DNA from: Clostridia bacterium
GTDB lineage: Bacteria; Bacillota; Clostridia; Oscillospirales; CAG-272
Reading direction: 5' to 3'
DNA: 64,000 bases
NCBI GenBank assembly: GCA_017408585.1
Contig: JAFQUJ010000017.1
Coordinates: 36,782 to 100,781 of the forward strand
Made by a program: the position numbers and the translations under genes. Below are positions 28,698 through 38,793 of this stretch, piece after piece. How positions within the stretch are numbered: position 1 is the stretch's first letter; each line of letters begins with the position of its first letter. The notes beneath the pieces were generated by a model that saw only the letters and a list, made by a program, of their open reading frames with translations, was not told the origin of the DNA and made no database searches.

Positions 28698-30911
28698 TTA
28701 TTTCCACAAAACCCCATCTAAATTAAGAATATCGCCATTCTCAGCTGATGCGCTAAGTGTTGCCGAGCTATCACCTAAAACGATAACATATGCAGAAATT
28801 GACACCGGCATTTTTATTATCGCCATGGCATCGCCTATTTCTGCGCTTAGGTATTGACCTGTGCTAAGAGACATTGTTTTCTTTGTGCCAATGCTTGAAA
28901 AGTTAGACGCGTGCGTTGCCTCGCTCGACATTCCGCCCTGTGGCATAATAGCGATTACCTGTCCGCCCGTGTATGAGTAGCCCGCCTCTGTATCAATCGC
29001 CGAATTGCCACCCGAGGTTGTAATAACAACTGTCCTTCCTCCCTCAAAGCAAATTCCTGCGTACGATGCCCTTGAGTTTGTATCAAGTCCATCACCACTA
29101 CAATAAACATACAGCTCACCGCCCTTTATGGTAATGGCTGTGCCTTGCGTCGATGTGGCGTTCATTCCGTCGTCCCTTGCGATAACAGAAACGCTTCCAC
29201 CCACAAGCGTTATCGTGCTTCCCTCGACACCCTCGTATGAGTTTTCCACTCTTATGCTTCCGTCATTTATCAAAAGCTCGCCATCTGCGTGAATTCCATC
29301 ATCATTTGAGTACAAGGTGAGCGTGCCACCGTTTATTGTGATTTTGCCGAGTGGGCTTTCACCATTTTCAAGTGTGTCTGTGTTTTTTGCGTGGAGCGCA
29401 TCATCATATGATTTTATATTTATTTCGCCCGCGTTTACAACAATCTGATTTGACGCCTTAATTCCCTTTGTGGAATATTCGCCCTTGTCGCTATTGCCCT
29501 CCTGCATTCCACCCATTCCACCAAAGCCACCACCTACGCTTGTGGTGTAATTTGTCCATGAGTAGCCAAGGGACGAGCCTCTATTGCTTAATGCGATTGT
29601 ATCATATGCGTCATTTAGGCTCATATAGTCGGAGCAAGCAAGATAATCGTCCTCTTGGGATAGCGCCATGTCGCTTGAATAGATAAAGAACATAAGCTTT
29701 TCGTAGCTTGACCTTTTGGGAAACGAATAGTAATAGTAGGTGCTTCTGCCACCCGAGGCGCTAGAATGATATTCGGCGTTTACCCATTCGATATCGCTAT
29801 CGCTATTATAGTATTTTACAGAATATTTATATGCGTTACTGCTAAATCGTATATAGTATAGCTCCTCGTCAAGCTCGTCCTCGGTTACCTCGCCTGAATA
29901 GCTTGAATATTTATCCGTGTAGATATTTAAGACTGTGCCCTCGTTTATTACGACATCATAAGAGGCGTCAATTCCATCACACGCGCTATAAAGCTCGCAC
30001 GCAGAACCCGTTATAACGACACCTCCCCTTTGATTTCCTTTAGATGACAGGTCGCTATTTGTTGTCTTTATTGCATCACCCGATTTTGCAATTAGGGTAA
30101 GGGATGTGTCTGTAATTTCAATTCCGTCATTACCCTTTAAGGCATTATCCTGACAGATGACAAGAAGGGTTAGGTTTTTAATTTGAAGGTCCTTCTTCGA
30201 GTGTACTCCGTTATTTTCCTCAGACACTAGTTTAAGAGTGCCCCTTCCGCCGATTTCAAGGTCGATAAGAGAGTGAATTGCGCCACTATAAAGCGTTTCG
30301 TCGCTCTCATCAATTTTGGCTCTGTTATCGTAAATGTAGCTTGATGTGTCTTTTTTCGCCTGTATTTTGACCTCGTTACCACTCAAAATCGTTATTGGGC
30401 TCGTGGTGTCGCTTGATATTATCATATCGCTTAGCTCAAGCTCCAGCTTATAGTCATTTACAATATCAATTACTATCGCACCATTTAGCTTTCCGCTAAT
30501 TTGATATACGCTATCCTCGTTAAGCTCGCCAAAGGTGAGAATATTGTTTTCAAGCGTGTAGGCGTTTTGAGTGCCCGATACATATACAATTTTTATATCC
30601 TCGGGTGTGGTTTCGCCCTCGATTATGCCATCATACGCACCAAGCGATTCAAGCTCCGTGCCATAGGCGCTCTCGCTTTGGGTGGGAGGTGTGGCTGTAT
30701 TCGGGGTGCTTGGCGCTCCTGCCTGCCCTTTATTTCCCGTATCATTTGGTGGCATACTCGGGGCAAGTTGCTCGCCATCAGCATTTGGAAAGCTCGGGAA
30801 AAATCCACCGCTCTCGCTCTGCGTTCCCATCGCGCCTAAGCCTGTGGGCGTGCAAGCCACAAGCATAAGTGAAATTAATATTAAAATAGTCACAAAGCCC
30901 TTTATTTTCAT
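28698..30911 (-). CDS. Cthe_2159/DUF4353-type carbohydrate-binding beta-helix lipoprotein, 737 aa
   Basis: Lipobox LVAC; repeated 'xDDGIHA/DGIDA/DGLDTN' beta-helix motifs. Confidence 0.85.
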   Translation of the reverse strand: MKIKGFVTILILISLMLVACTPTGLGAMGTQSESGGFFPSFPNADGEQLAPSMPPNDTGNKGQAGAPSTPNTATPPTQSESAYGTELESLGAYDGIIEGETTPEDIKIVYVSGTQNAYTLENNILTFGELNEDSVYQISGKLNGAIVIDIVNDYKLELELSDMIISSDTTSPITILSGNEVKIQAKKDTSSYIYDNRAKIDESDETLYSGAIHSLIDLEIGGRGTLKLVSEENNGVHSKKDLQIKNLTLLVICQDNALKGNDGIEITDTSLTLIAKSGDAIKTTNSDLSSKGNQRGGVVITGSACELYSACDGIDASYDVVINEGTVLNIYTDKYSSYSGEVTEDELDEELYYIRFSSNAYKYSVKYYNSDSDIEWVNAEYHSSASGGRSTYYYYSFPKRSSYEKLMFFIYSSDMALSQEDDYLACSDYMSLNDAYDTIALSNRGSSLGYSWTNYTTSVGGGFGGMGGMQEGNSDKGEYSTKGIKASNQIVVNAGEINIKSYDDALHAKNTDTLENGESPLGKITINGGTLTLYSNDDGIHADGELLINDGSIRVENSYEGVEGSTITLVGGSVSVIARDDGMNATSTQGTAITIKGGELYVYCSGDGLDTNSRASYAGICFEGGRTVVITTSGGNSAIDTEAGYSYTGGQVIAIMPQGGMSSEATHASNFSSIGTKKTMSLSTGQYLSAEIGDAMAIIKMPVSISAYVIVLGDSSATLSASAENGDILNLDGVLWK

Positions 30912-30969
30912 AGTGCTCTCCTTTGCGTTCTTTTATGGCTATTTTATCATATCTTCCTAAATTTTTGCT

Positions 30970-31004
30970 AAAAGAAATCGGCTTTTTAGAGCCGATTTTT
31001 CTTT
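30970..31004. terminator. Intrinsic terminator after pyk
   Basis: AAAAGAAATCGGCT-TTTTAG-AGCCGATTTTTCTTTT. Confidence 0.7.
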
Positions 31005-32415
31005 TATATAGTTTCCATTCTAATTGTGTTTGTGTTTCCGCTAGCACCTGTTTGAGAACCACCGGTGATAACGATTTTATCGCCAATCGCAAGGCCGAGC
31101 TTATCCTTAACCAGCTTCTTTGCGGTATAGAACAGCACCTCAATTTGTGGGTAAACCTCACACATAACAGGGATTACGCCCCATGATAGTGCAAGCTGAT
31201 GCCATGTCTTTTCGCTAACTGTAAGTCCTACAATATCAACAGGTGAACGGAAGCGTGATACCATTCTTGCGGTCATACCCGACATTGAGCAAACAACGAT
31301 TGCCTTTGCACCGATATCCATCGCCATTCCACACACGGAGTGCGAGATTGCGTCCATTGAATTCTTAATTCTAAAATCTGTTGTGTAGAAAATCCTTCTG
31401 TAATCAACATTCTTTTCAGCCTGCTCTGCAATCTTTGCCATTGTTTGTACTGTGAGAACAGGGTATTTGCCCGCAGCGGTTTCGCCCGATAGCATAATTG
31501 CACTTGTGCCATCAAAAACTGCGTTAGCAACATCGGAAATCTCCGCTCTTGTCGGGCGTGGATTTGTTGTCATGCTTTCGAGCATTTCGGTTGCGGTAAT
31601 AACTCGCTTACCGAGCATACGGCATTTGGTGATAATCTTCTTTTGGATTGCAGGCACTTCCTCGAATGGAATTTCAACGCCCATATCTCCACGGCCAATC
31701 ATAATTCCGTCGCACTCGGAGCAAATAGACTCGATATTATCAACTCAGATTGATTTTCAATCTTTGCAATAATGCCGATATTGGTTGCGCCATTCGCCTT
31801 TAAAAACTCCTTGACATCGAGCACATCCTGTACTCTTGAAACGAATGAGCACGCTATGTATTCAAAATCGTTTTCGATAGCGAAAAGAAGGTCTCTTTTA
31901 TCCTGCTCGCTAAGATATACCTGATTCATTACCTGTCCCGGGAAGCTCATGCTCTTACGATTTGAAATCTCACCGCCCGCAACAATTTTACAAACAATTT
32001 CGGTATCCTCGATTTTTTCAACCTTAAACACCAAAAGTCCGTTATTTACAAGAATTGTATCGCCAACATCAAGCTCAGCATTAAGATTTTTGTAGCTTAC
32101 TGATACGATAGTGCTATTGCCTACAATATCACGAGTTGTAAAGGTGAATGTATCGCCCTCCTTTATCGTTTCCTTGCCATTTTCAAATGTGCCGATACGA
32201 TATTCGGGGCCCTTTGTGTCAAGCATAATAGCAAGAGGAATATTCAGCTCACGACGCACACGCTTTAGCATATCAACATTACGCTGATGATCCTCGTGAG
32301 TTCCGTGTGAAAAGTTAAGCCTTGCAACATTCATTCCGGCAAGAGCCATTTGTGTTAGTGTCGCCTCGTTGTTACACGCAGGACCGATTGTGCATACGAT
32401 TTTAGTTTTTCTCAT
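31004..32415 (-). pseudogene. pyk: Pyruvate kinase split by a 1-bp deletion near 31746 (real lesion or sequencing error)
   Basis: MRKTKIVCTIGP...AKIENQS in one frame, continuing as (G)VDNIESICSECDGIMIGRGDMGVE...PTRAE in another; adding one G (TCT GGA GTT) restores the frame. Confidence 0.85.
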
Positions 32416-32521
32416 AGTTTTCGCCTTCTTTTTTTGTTCATTATATAAATTTTATCACATTACACTTATCTTTTCAATATATTAATGTTAAAATTTTGCG
32501 ACAGGATAAAAATTTTTTCTG

Positions 32522-32550
32522 TTGCGCGATGGAATTATATATGCTAAAAT
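32522..32550 (+). promoter_or_regulatory. Probable promoter of rmuC
   Basis: TTGCGC, 17 bp ending in TG-N, TAAAAT. Confidence 0.5.
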
Positions 32551-32591
32551 AAGATTAGAAAATACAGCGGTACAGCCCACAAGGAGAATTT

Positions 32592-33884
32592 ATGGAAGCA
32601 CTTTTAATTATTAGTATTATTCTTAGCTTTGTTGCTCTTATCGGTGTTGGCGTCTTGCTTTTTAAGCTAAGAGGTCAAGAAAAAATAAACGAGAGCGCAC
32701 TCAGCCTTGCAATCGGCAAGGCGCTGGGTGATTTTGGTGGAGCAATTTCAAGAGAGGTAGCGTCATCGAATAGCGCTCTTACGCTTTCGATAAAGAGCGA
32801 AATCGAGCATCTAACGAGCGAGATAAGGGTGCTTGGCGAGCGTGGCTCGTCAAATCATATTGCGATAATCAACACCTTAAACGAGAGCTTCAAGGGCGTT
32901 TTAGAGGCAAACCGGAAAAACAGCGAGGCAATTCTTAGCAAGGTGAGTGAGGGGCTTGAGGCAATCCGTCAGCAGACGAAGGAGCGCCTTGACGAAATCC
33001 AAAGGGCAGTTGATGAAAAGCTTGATGCTACGCTTAGCGCAAGGCTTAAGGCATCGTTTGACAATGTGATAAAGCAGATTGCCGATGTCAATGTTGCGGT
33101 GGGCGAGATAAAGGTGCTTGCAAGTGATGTAAGCTCCCTTAATCGTGTGCTGACAAATGTCAAAACAAAGGGTATTGTGGGCGAGATTGCGCTCGAAAAC
33201 ATTATTTGCGAGATACTCACCCCCGACCAATACGAAACGAATTTTGTCACCAAGGCAGGCACGCACGACCCTGTTGAATTTGCAATTAAGATGCCCGGCA
33301 AGAGTGACTCGTTTGTGTATTTGCCAATTGATGCGAAGTTTCCGTTAGAGGCATATCACGAGATGCGAGACGCCTCTGACGAGCTTGACAAGGAAAGATA
33401 CGAGAGTGCGAAAAAATCTCTTCGCTCACTTCTTAAGCAGTTTGCCAAGAAAATTCACGATAAGTATATTGACCCACCTACAACAACTGATTTTGCCATT
33501 ATGTTTTTGCCTATCGAGGGGCTTTATGTCGAGGCGCTTAATATGGGACTTTTCGAGGAGCTTCAGCGAGAGTACAAGATAAACATAGCAGGGCCGTCAA
33601 CCCTTGGAGCGCTACTCAATGCACTTCAAATGGGCTTTAGGTCTATGATAATTCAAAAGCGCACCTCACAGGTATTTGAGCTACTGGGCGCAATAAAAAC
33701 GGAATTTGGTAGATTTGGAGAGGTGCTTGCGAAGGCGCAGAAAAAGTTCGAGGAGGCAGGCGTGGAGCTTGAAAGGCTTGTCGGCACAAGAACGAGAATG
33801 ATAAATGCCAAGCTCCGTGAAATCACAGCGCTTGACGATGACCTAGCCGATGCAATTCTTTGCCCACCCGATGACGAGGAATAG
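32592..33884 (+). CDS. rmuC: DNA recombination protein RmuC
   Basis: N-terminal TM helix, coiled coil, K.KG..GE, LPIDAKFP, DFAIMFLPIEGLY and GTRTR. Confidence 0.92.
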   Translation: MEALLIISIILSFVALIGVGVLLFKLRGQEKINESALSLAIGKALGDFGGAISREVASSNSALTLSIKSEIEHLTSEIRVLGERGSSNHIAIINTLNESFKGVLEANRKNSEAILSKVSEGLEAIRQQTKERLDEIQRAVDEKLDATLSARLKASFDNVIKQIADVNVAVGEIKVLASDVSSLNRVLTNVKTKGIVGEIALENIICEILTPDQYETNFVTKAGTHDPVEFAIKMPGKSDSFVYLPIDAKFPLEAYHEMRDASDELDKERYESAKKSLRSLLKQFAKKIHDKYIDPPTTTDFAIMFLPIEGLYVEALNMGLFEELQREYKINIAGPSTLGALLNALQMGFRSMIIQKRTSQVFELLGAIKTEFGRFGEVLAKAQKKFEEAGVELERLVGTRTRMINAKLREITALDDDLADAILCPPDDEE

Positions 33885-33914
33885 CGCACCCTGTGTCGCA
33901 TTAGCTCAAATTTA

Positions 33915-33964
33915 AAACGCCCCGACTGCGTTCACCTTGACGGAGAACACGCATTGGGGCGTTT
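33915..33964. terminator. Long interrupted hairpin between convergent genes
   Basis: AAACGCCCC..TGCGTTC...GAAC.CGCA..GGGGCGTTT. Confidence 0.6.
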
Positions 33965-33981
33965 GTTTTTAAGATTATAGC

Positions 33982-34776
33982 TTATTCAAGGTAGTTTTTG
34001 CGAATTCGGTCGATATATTCCTCGTCAATTCCCATTTTAGCCTTGAAAAATTCCTCGGGGGTGGGATAGGTATCAATATAGGCGAAAACTGCGTCTGCGT
34101 ATTCCTTATGCACGCCATTTACGCTTGCGATATCCTCAATTATTTTTTCGTCAACGCCTCGTTCCCTTGCGAGAGCCTGCGCCTCGGCAACATCGAGCAT
34201 TGCGCTTTCGTTGGTTCTTAGGTAGTCCTCGAGAATTTGCTCTCTTTTTACGCCAAGGAGCGTAAGAAGGAAAATTGCGCCGACTCCTGTGCGATCCTTG
34301 CCTGCGGTACAATGGAAAATGGTCGCACCCTGTGTCGATTCTTTTAGGTAATCAAGGAAAATTTTATACTGCGAGAGCGAATAATCGCTTGAATATATAT
34401 CACGATAGAAATTGATCATCCACTCGTGTCCCTTGCCCTCAAAATCAGCGGTAAAGCGAAGAAGAATTTCGCCAATTGAGCGCTTCTCGTAATCGCCCTT
34501 GCTTGTAACTCTTGATACGAGGTCCTTTACTATTGGAATGTGTATGTATTCTACGCCCTCAAGCTTGACATTAGGAGATGCGTCAATTACCGCCTTGGTG
34601 CGCAAATCAAGCACTCTTTTAAGAGAATAGCCCCTTAAGATTTCGGCGTCGCTCTCGCTTAGCATTGACATATTGCCTGTGCGAAGCAAGCGTCCGAGCT
34701 TTACTCGTCTGCCATCATATGTGGTAAGTCCGCCTAGGTCACGGGCGTTTTTTACTGTTTGCAAATTAAGCTTCAT
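33982..34776 (-). CDS. Protein tyrosine/serine phosphatase (IphP/PtpB-like)
   Basis: NARDLGG, DLR, HCTAGKDRTG and DYL.TN; likely start 34776 (GAGG RBS). Confidence 0.9.
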   Translation of the reverse strand: MKLNLQTVKNARDLGGLTTYDGRRVKLGRLLRTGNMSMLSESDAEILRGYSLKRVLDLRTKAVIDASPNVKLEGVEYIHIPIVKDLVSRVTSKGDYEKRSIGEILLRFTADFEGKGHEWMINFYRDIYSSDYSLSQYKIFLDYLKESTQGATIFHCTAGKDRTGVGAIFLLTLLGVKREQILEDYLRTNESAMLDVAEAQALARERGVDEKIIEDIASVNGVHKEYADAVFAYIDTYPTPEEFFKAKMGIDEEYIDRIRKNYLE

Positions 34777-34901
34777 TTTGTCCTCTTTTGTTTTTTCGCT
34801 CATTATAAAAAATTATAGCATATGTTCTTGATATTTTCAAGCACTTATGATATTATTAATATTAGAATATTTATCGTGCCTCGGCACATTAAGGAGATAA
34901 C

Positions 34902-35771
34902 ATGGCTGATATTTCAAGAGTTGCCACTCAAATGGCAGAAAGCTACGACGCCTCTCAAATCACAATGGTCGGTGGTGAGCTTGCGTTGCCCGACAGAGAG
35001 GAAATTATCGAGATTTTGGGAGATATTAAAAAGCTTCTATTCCCCGCTTATTTTGCATCGGGCGAGAGCAAGGGGGATTCCGCGTCCTTTGCGGAAACGC
35101 TTTTATACTCAATTTACGGAAGAATTAAAAAGCAAATTTCGCTTTCACTTTCATTTAAGGAAAAGAAAAATTTAGCGGAGCACGCCGAGGAAATTGCCTC
35201 ATGCTTTATTGAGGCTCTGCCCGAGGTTCACAGGGTTCTTTTAACTGATGTTGAGGCTGCGTACGAGGGCGACCCCGCAGCGCAAAGCAAGGAAGAAATT
35301 GTGTTCACCTACCCCGGATTTTATGCGATTTTCGTGTACAGGGTGGCACATTTGCTCTATTGCGATGGCGTTCCCTTTGTGCCTCGTGTTATGACGGAGC
35401 ACGCGCACGCGCTCACGGGAATTGATATAAACCCAGGTGCGACGATTGGAGAATATTTCTTTATCGACCACGGAACAGGTATCGTTATCGGTGAAACGAC
35501 GATTATCGGCAACAGGGTTCGTCTATATCAGGGCGTTACTCTCGGTGCGCTATCCCCAAGAAAGGGTCAAATTCTATCGGGCGTAAAAAGACACCCAACC
35601 ATAAGAGATAATGTTACAATTTATTCGGGAGCATCTATTTTAGGCGGTGACACCATCATAGGCGAGGGCGCAGTTATCGGCGGTAACTCGTTTATTTGCG
35701 AGAGCGTCGCTGATGGAGCAAGAGTCAGCATTAAGCTCCCCGAGCTGATCATAAAGGAAACTAAGAAATGA
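34902..35771 (+). CDS. cysE: Serine O-acetyltransferase
   Basis: GDPAA, YPG, GIDINPGA, FFIDHGTG, QGVTLG and KRHPT. Confidence 0.92.
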   Translation: MADISRVATQMAESYDASQITMVGGELALPDREEIIEILGDIKKLLFPAYFASGESKGDSASFAETLLYSIYGRIKKQISLSLSFKEKKNLAEHAEEIASCFIEALPEVHRVLLTDVEAAYEGDPAAQSKEEIVFTYPGFYAIFVYRVAHLLYCDGVPFVPRVMTEHAHALTGIDINPGATIGEYFFIDHGTGIVIGETTIIGNRVRLYQGVTLGALSPRKGQILSGVKRHPTIRDNVTIYSGASILGGDTIIGEGAVIGGNSFICESVADGARVSIKLPELIIKETKK

Positions 35772-36268
35772 AATGCAAAATAATTACAACATCAAGACAG
35801 GCGCAGGACGATAGAATTTCGATTTTTGACAATGCGTTTTTTGCCTCGGAGCCTATGCTTGACAATCAATATAACGATATTGACCCAAGCGAGATTGACA
35901 CCATAACCACCTATCTTGACGGTGAAATCACCGTCGAGGGTGACGATGTACGCATCACCTATCACGAGGATAGCGGTAGTGGAATGGAGGGCGTTGACGC
36001 TGTTGTGGCGTTTAAGATAAGCGAGCCACACGAGGTCACGATTACTCGCTCCGGCGAGGTCAACACCATCATGCTGTTTTCACAGGGCGAGAGGACTATT
36101 TCCGTTTATCAAACGCCGTTTATGCCCTTTGAGCTTGGCATTTATGCAAAGCGCGTTGACAACAGAATTTTAAGCGACGGAGTGCTTGAAATTTTCTACA
36201 TTGTTGAAATCAAGGGCGCTTTGGCACAAAAAACAGAATTAAAATTGGAAGTTAAAAAATATGACTGA
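35768..36268 (+). CDS. DUF1934-family beta-barrel protein
   Basis: 'ITY.E', 'R.G.V...M.F..G...S.YQTP' pattern. Confidence 0.7.
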   Translation: MKCKIITTSRQAQDDRISIFDNAFFASEPMLDNQYNDIDPSEIDTITTYLDGEITVEGDDVRITYHEDSGSGMEGVDAVVAFKISEPHEVTITRSGEVNTIMLFSQGERTISVYQTPFMPFELGIYAKRVDNRILSDGVLEIFYIVEIKGALAQKTELKLEVKKYD

Positions 36269-37289
36269 AGCAGAATTTCGCGCAGAGCTATCACAGCTTA
36301 AGGGTGGCTATCTCTTTTACGGTGACGAGGATTATCTTAAATTCTCCTATTCAAAGGAGGTTTGTAAAAGAGTTCTTGATGGCTCGTTTGACGAATTTAA
36401 CCATATTGTAATTTATGGTGAGGACTATTCTCCCGCCTCTCTTTCGCAGGCGATTGCGTCCCTTCCCATGATGGCTGAGCAAAAGCTGGTTGAGCTTCGC
36501 TCACTTGATTTTAAGGCGCTCAAAAAGGACGATTTATCGGCGCTTTCCGAGGCACTTTCCACGCTTGAGGATTGCGACCATACAATACTTATCGTGCGTG
36601 CCGATTCGCATTTATTTGACCCCGGCAGGCCAAAATCGCCAAGCGAGGCGTTTAAGGTATTGACTAAATATCTTACGCCCGTTGAGTTCTCATTCCCACA
36701 GCCCAACAGGCTCGCCTCTTGGATTTTGAGGCACTTTGCCGAGGGCAAGATTTCATTTGATGCCTCGCTTGCGACTTATCTTGTTGAGATTTGCGGTCAC
36801 AGTATGTGGACTCTTTCGTGTGAGATTGAGAAGCTTTGCGCCTACGCAAAGGCTAACGAAATTGTGGAGATTACACAGGAAATCATTGATGATGTGTGCT
36901 GTAAGACCATTGAATATGACGATTTTCAGCTGACAAATATGCTCCTTGAGGGCAGACCGGAGCAGGTGTTTGAAACGCTTCGTCGCCAACGCCTTGCGCA
37001 CGAGCCACCGAATATCATTCTTTTCTCCGTTGTTAAAATGTACACCGAGCTTTATGCGGTTTGTCGTCTTAATATGACGGGTATGACGAAGGGGCAGATT
37101 GCCTCGACGCTCAAAATTCACGAGTTCAAGGTTGGAAAATATTTAAACAAGCTTGCACGCACAACTCCCGCAAGAATTGAGCGCTCGCTCGAGCTTTGTC
37201 GCGATGCGGATATTCAATCCAAGACTGCGCAAAATCTCGGTCAATATGGCGCTCTTGAAAGGTTAATCAGCACATTGTGTGCGCTTTAA
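36261..37289 (+). CDS. holA: DNA polymerase III delta subunit
   Basis: YLFYGDEDYL, FN, SLPMMAEQKLV, EIEKL and ADIQSKT. Confidence 0.88.
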   Translation: MTEAEFRAELSQLKGGYLFYGDEDYLKFSYSKEVCKRVLDGSFDEFNHIVIYGEDYSPASLSQAIASLPMMAEQKLVELRSLDFKALKKDDLSALSEALSTLEDCDHTILIVRADSHLFDPGRPKSPSEAFKVLTKYLTPVEFSFPQPNRLASWILRHFAEGKISFDASLATYLVEICGHSMWTLSCEIEKLCAYAKANEIVEITQEIIDDVCCKTIEYDDFQLTNMLLEGRPEQVFETLRRQRLAHEPPNIILFSVVKMYTELYAVCRLNMTGMTKGQIASTLKIHEFKVGKYLNKLARTTPARIERSLELCRDADIQSKTAQNLGQYGALERLISTLCAL

Positions 37290-37293
37290 GGAC

Positions 37294-37878
37294 ATGAAAA
37301 AAAGAATTAAGTATCCTATAATTGTTGAGGGCAAGTACGACAAAATCAAGCTTTGCTCGCTTTTTGACGCCGATGTCATTGTGACGGGTGGCTTTGCGAT
37401 TTTCTCACACGGTGAGCGTCTTGCGCTTCTGCGCTCCCTTGCCGATAAGGCGGGAAAAATAATTATACTCACCGATTCCGATGGGGGTGGGCATCTCATT
37501 CGCTCTCATATTAAGAGCGCAATTTCGCCCGAAAAAATCATAAATTTATACACTCCCAAGACACAGGGTAAGGAAAAACGAAAAAGAGAGCCCTCTCGCG
37601 AGGGGTATCTTGGAGTTGAGGGAATTGATGCTCAAGTGCTAACGGAGCTTCTTTTGCCATTTTGCGAGGACTCGCTAACAGAGGCTAAAACGCCAATCAC
37701 AAAAGCGGATTTATATGCTCTCGGGCTTAGTGGTCGCCCTGATAGCAAATCTAAGCGAGAGGCGCTTTTAAAAGCGCTCAAGCTCCCCCACGATATGACG
37801 CCAAACGCTATGCTTAGCGCGCTCAATATTCTCTTTTCAAGGGAAGAGATTGAACAAAAAATCAAGGATTTATCATAA
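37294..37878 (+). CDS. rnmV: Ribonuclease M5-like TOPRIM protein with DUF4093-like C-terminus
   Basis: IIVEGKYD, LTDSDGGG, LGVEG and GLSG.PDSK.KRE. Confidence 0.8.
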   Translation: MKKRIKYPIIVEGKYDKIKLCSLFDADVIVTGGFAIFSHGERLALLRSLADKAGKIIILTDSDGGGHLIRSHIKSAISPEKIINLYTPKTQGKEKRKREPSREGYLGVEGIDAQVLTELLLPFCEDSLTEAKTPITKADLYALGLSGRPDSKSKREALLKALKLPHDMTPNAMLSALNILFSREEIEQKIKDLS

Positions 37879-37884
37879 CACATC

Positions 37885-37916
37885 AAAGCAGGCTGTTGAA
37901 ATCAACAGCCTGCTTT
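37885..37916. terminator. Bidirectional intrinsic terminator
   Basis: AAAGCAGGCTGTTGA-AA-TCAACAGCCTGCTTT. Confidence 0.8.
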
Positions 37917-37947
37917 CGTTTTTACACGCCAATCGTATGCGTTTTAT

Positions 37948-38010
37948 AGCTCCTTTTGAAACGGTGCGAGGGTCGCACCCTTGTTTGCTTTTGCTAAGAC
38001 ACAGAACCAT
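37948..38010 (-). repeat. Inter-cassette repeat R1 (terminal copy; RBS with no downstream gene)
   Basis: Minus strand ATGGTTCTGTGTCTTAGCAAAAGCAAACAAGGGTGCGACCCTCGCACCGTTTCAAAAGGAGCT. Confidence 0.9.
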
Positions 38011-38027
38011 TCTTTGTCTGTTCTTGT

Positions 38028-38717
38028 TTATTCAGGCAAATAGATTATAACCTCACAGCTTGAATTGTAAAGCAATGTGTCAAAAACATATTCCTTTTTT
38101 ACAACCTCTATTTTAACGCTTGAGGATTCATTTTTAAATATAGTCTTTGGCACTATCACAATGTCTGAGTAATGCTGTATGGCATCAGAAAAGCCCTGTC
38201 CATGTCTTGAAATCAAATTGTATGTCAGTGTATAACACTCGTTTTCCTTTACGAGATTAGAATAGTATATATCCTCAGAGCGAATATGACCGGACTCACC
38301 CTCTACTACTAAGACATAATTGTTCTCGAATGTTTGCTCTGTTACAGCATCAAAAACACAATCCTCAGCCACTCCACCTAAAAACTCTTCGTAGCTTAAA
38401 AATAACTTTGTAACATAATGATATCTTGATGTCCAATTATCATCGTCAACCAAGCTATGATAGCTACTATGTAGATAGACGACATATGAATTAAAGCTTT
38501 CGGAATTTACTCCCGTCAAGGTTTCCCTTGTTGGATTTTCGTAATTCCATCTTCCTAAAAACAATTCGGAGGAAACAGGCTCAATAAAACTCGATTCCTC
38601 GCTTATGCTCTCTTGGGTGCTCTCACTCGAACTTTCTGTTTGTGTTTCGTTATCACACGACACAAAAGCCCCAAAGCATAGAATCAAAAATAGAATAAGT
38701 GATAGGATTTTTTTCAT
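38028..38717 (-). CDS. Lipoprotein, 229 aa (cassette E), PrcB-C-like mature domain
   Basis: MKKILSLILFLILCFGAFVSC lipobox; paralogous to 38794-39459. Confidence 0.8.
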   Translation of the reverse strand: MKKILSLILFLILCFGAFVSCDNETQTESSSESTQESISEESSFIEPVSSELFLGRWNYENPTRETLTGVNSESFNSYVVYLHSSYHSLVDDDNWTSRYHYVTKLFLSYEEFLGGVAEDCVFDAVTEQTFENNYVLVVEGESGHIRSEDIYYSNLVKENECYTLTYNLISRHGQGFSDAIQHYSDIVIVPKTIFKNESSSVKIEVVKKEYVFDTLLYNSSCEVIIYLPE

Positions 38718-38723
38718 AAAATC

Positions 38724-38787
38724 AGCTCCTTTTGGGAAGGGTGCGAGGATCGCACCCTTGTTTGCTTTTGCTAAGACACAGAACCAT
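38724..38787 (-). repeat. Inter-cassette repeat R2
   Basis: Same core tcgcacccttgtttgcttttgctaagacacagaacc (plus strand). Confidence 0.9.
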
Positions 38788-38793
38788 CGACTG

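Noticed and set aside
31699-31760. Programmed ribosomal frameshift in pyk
   Set aside because: No slippery heptamer or stimulatory structure; a single missing G explains it
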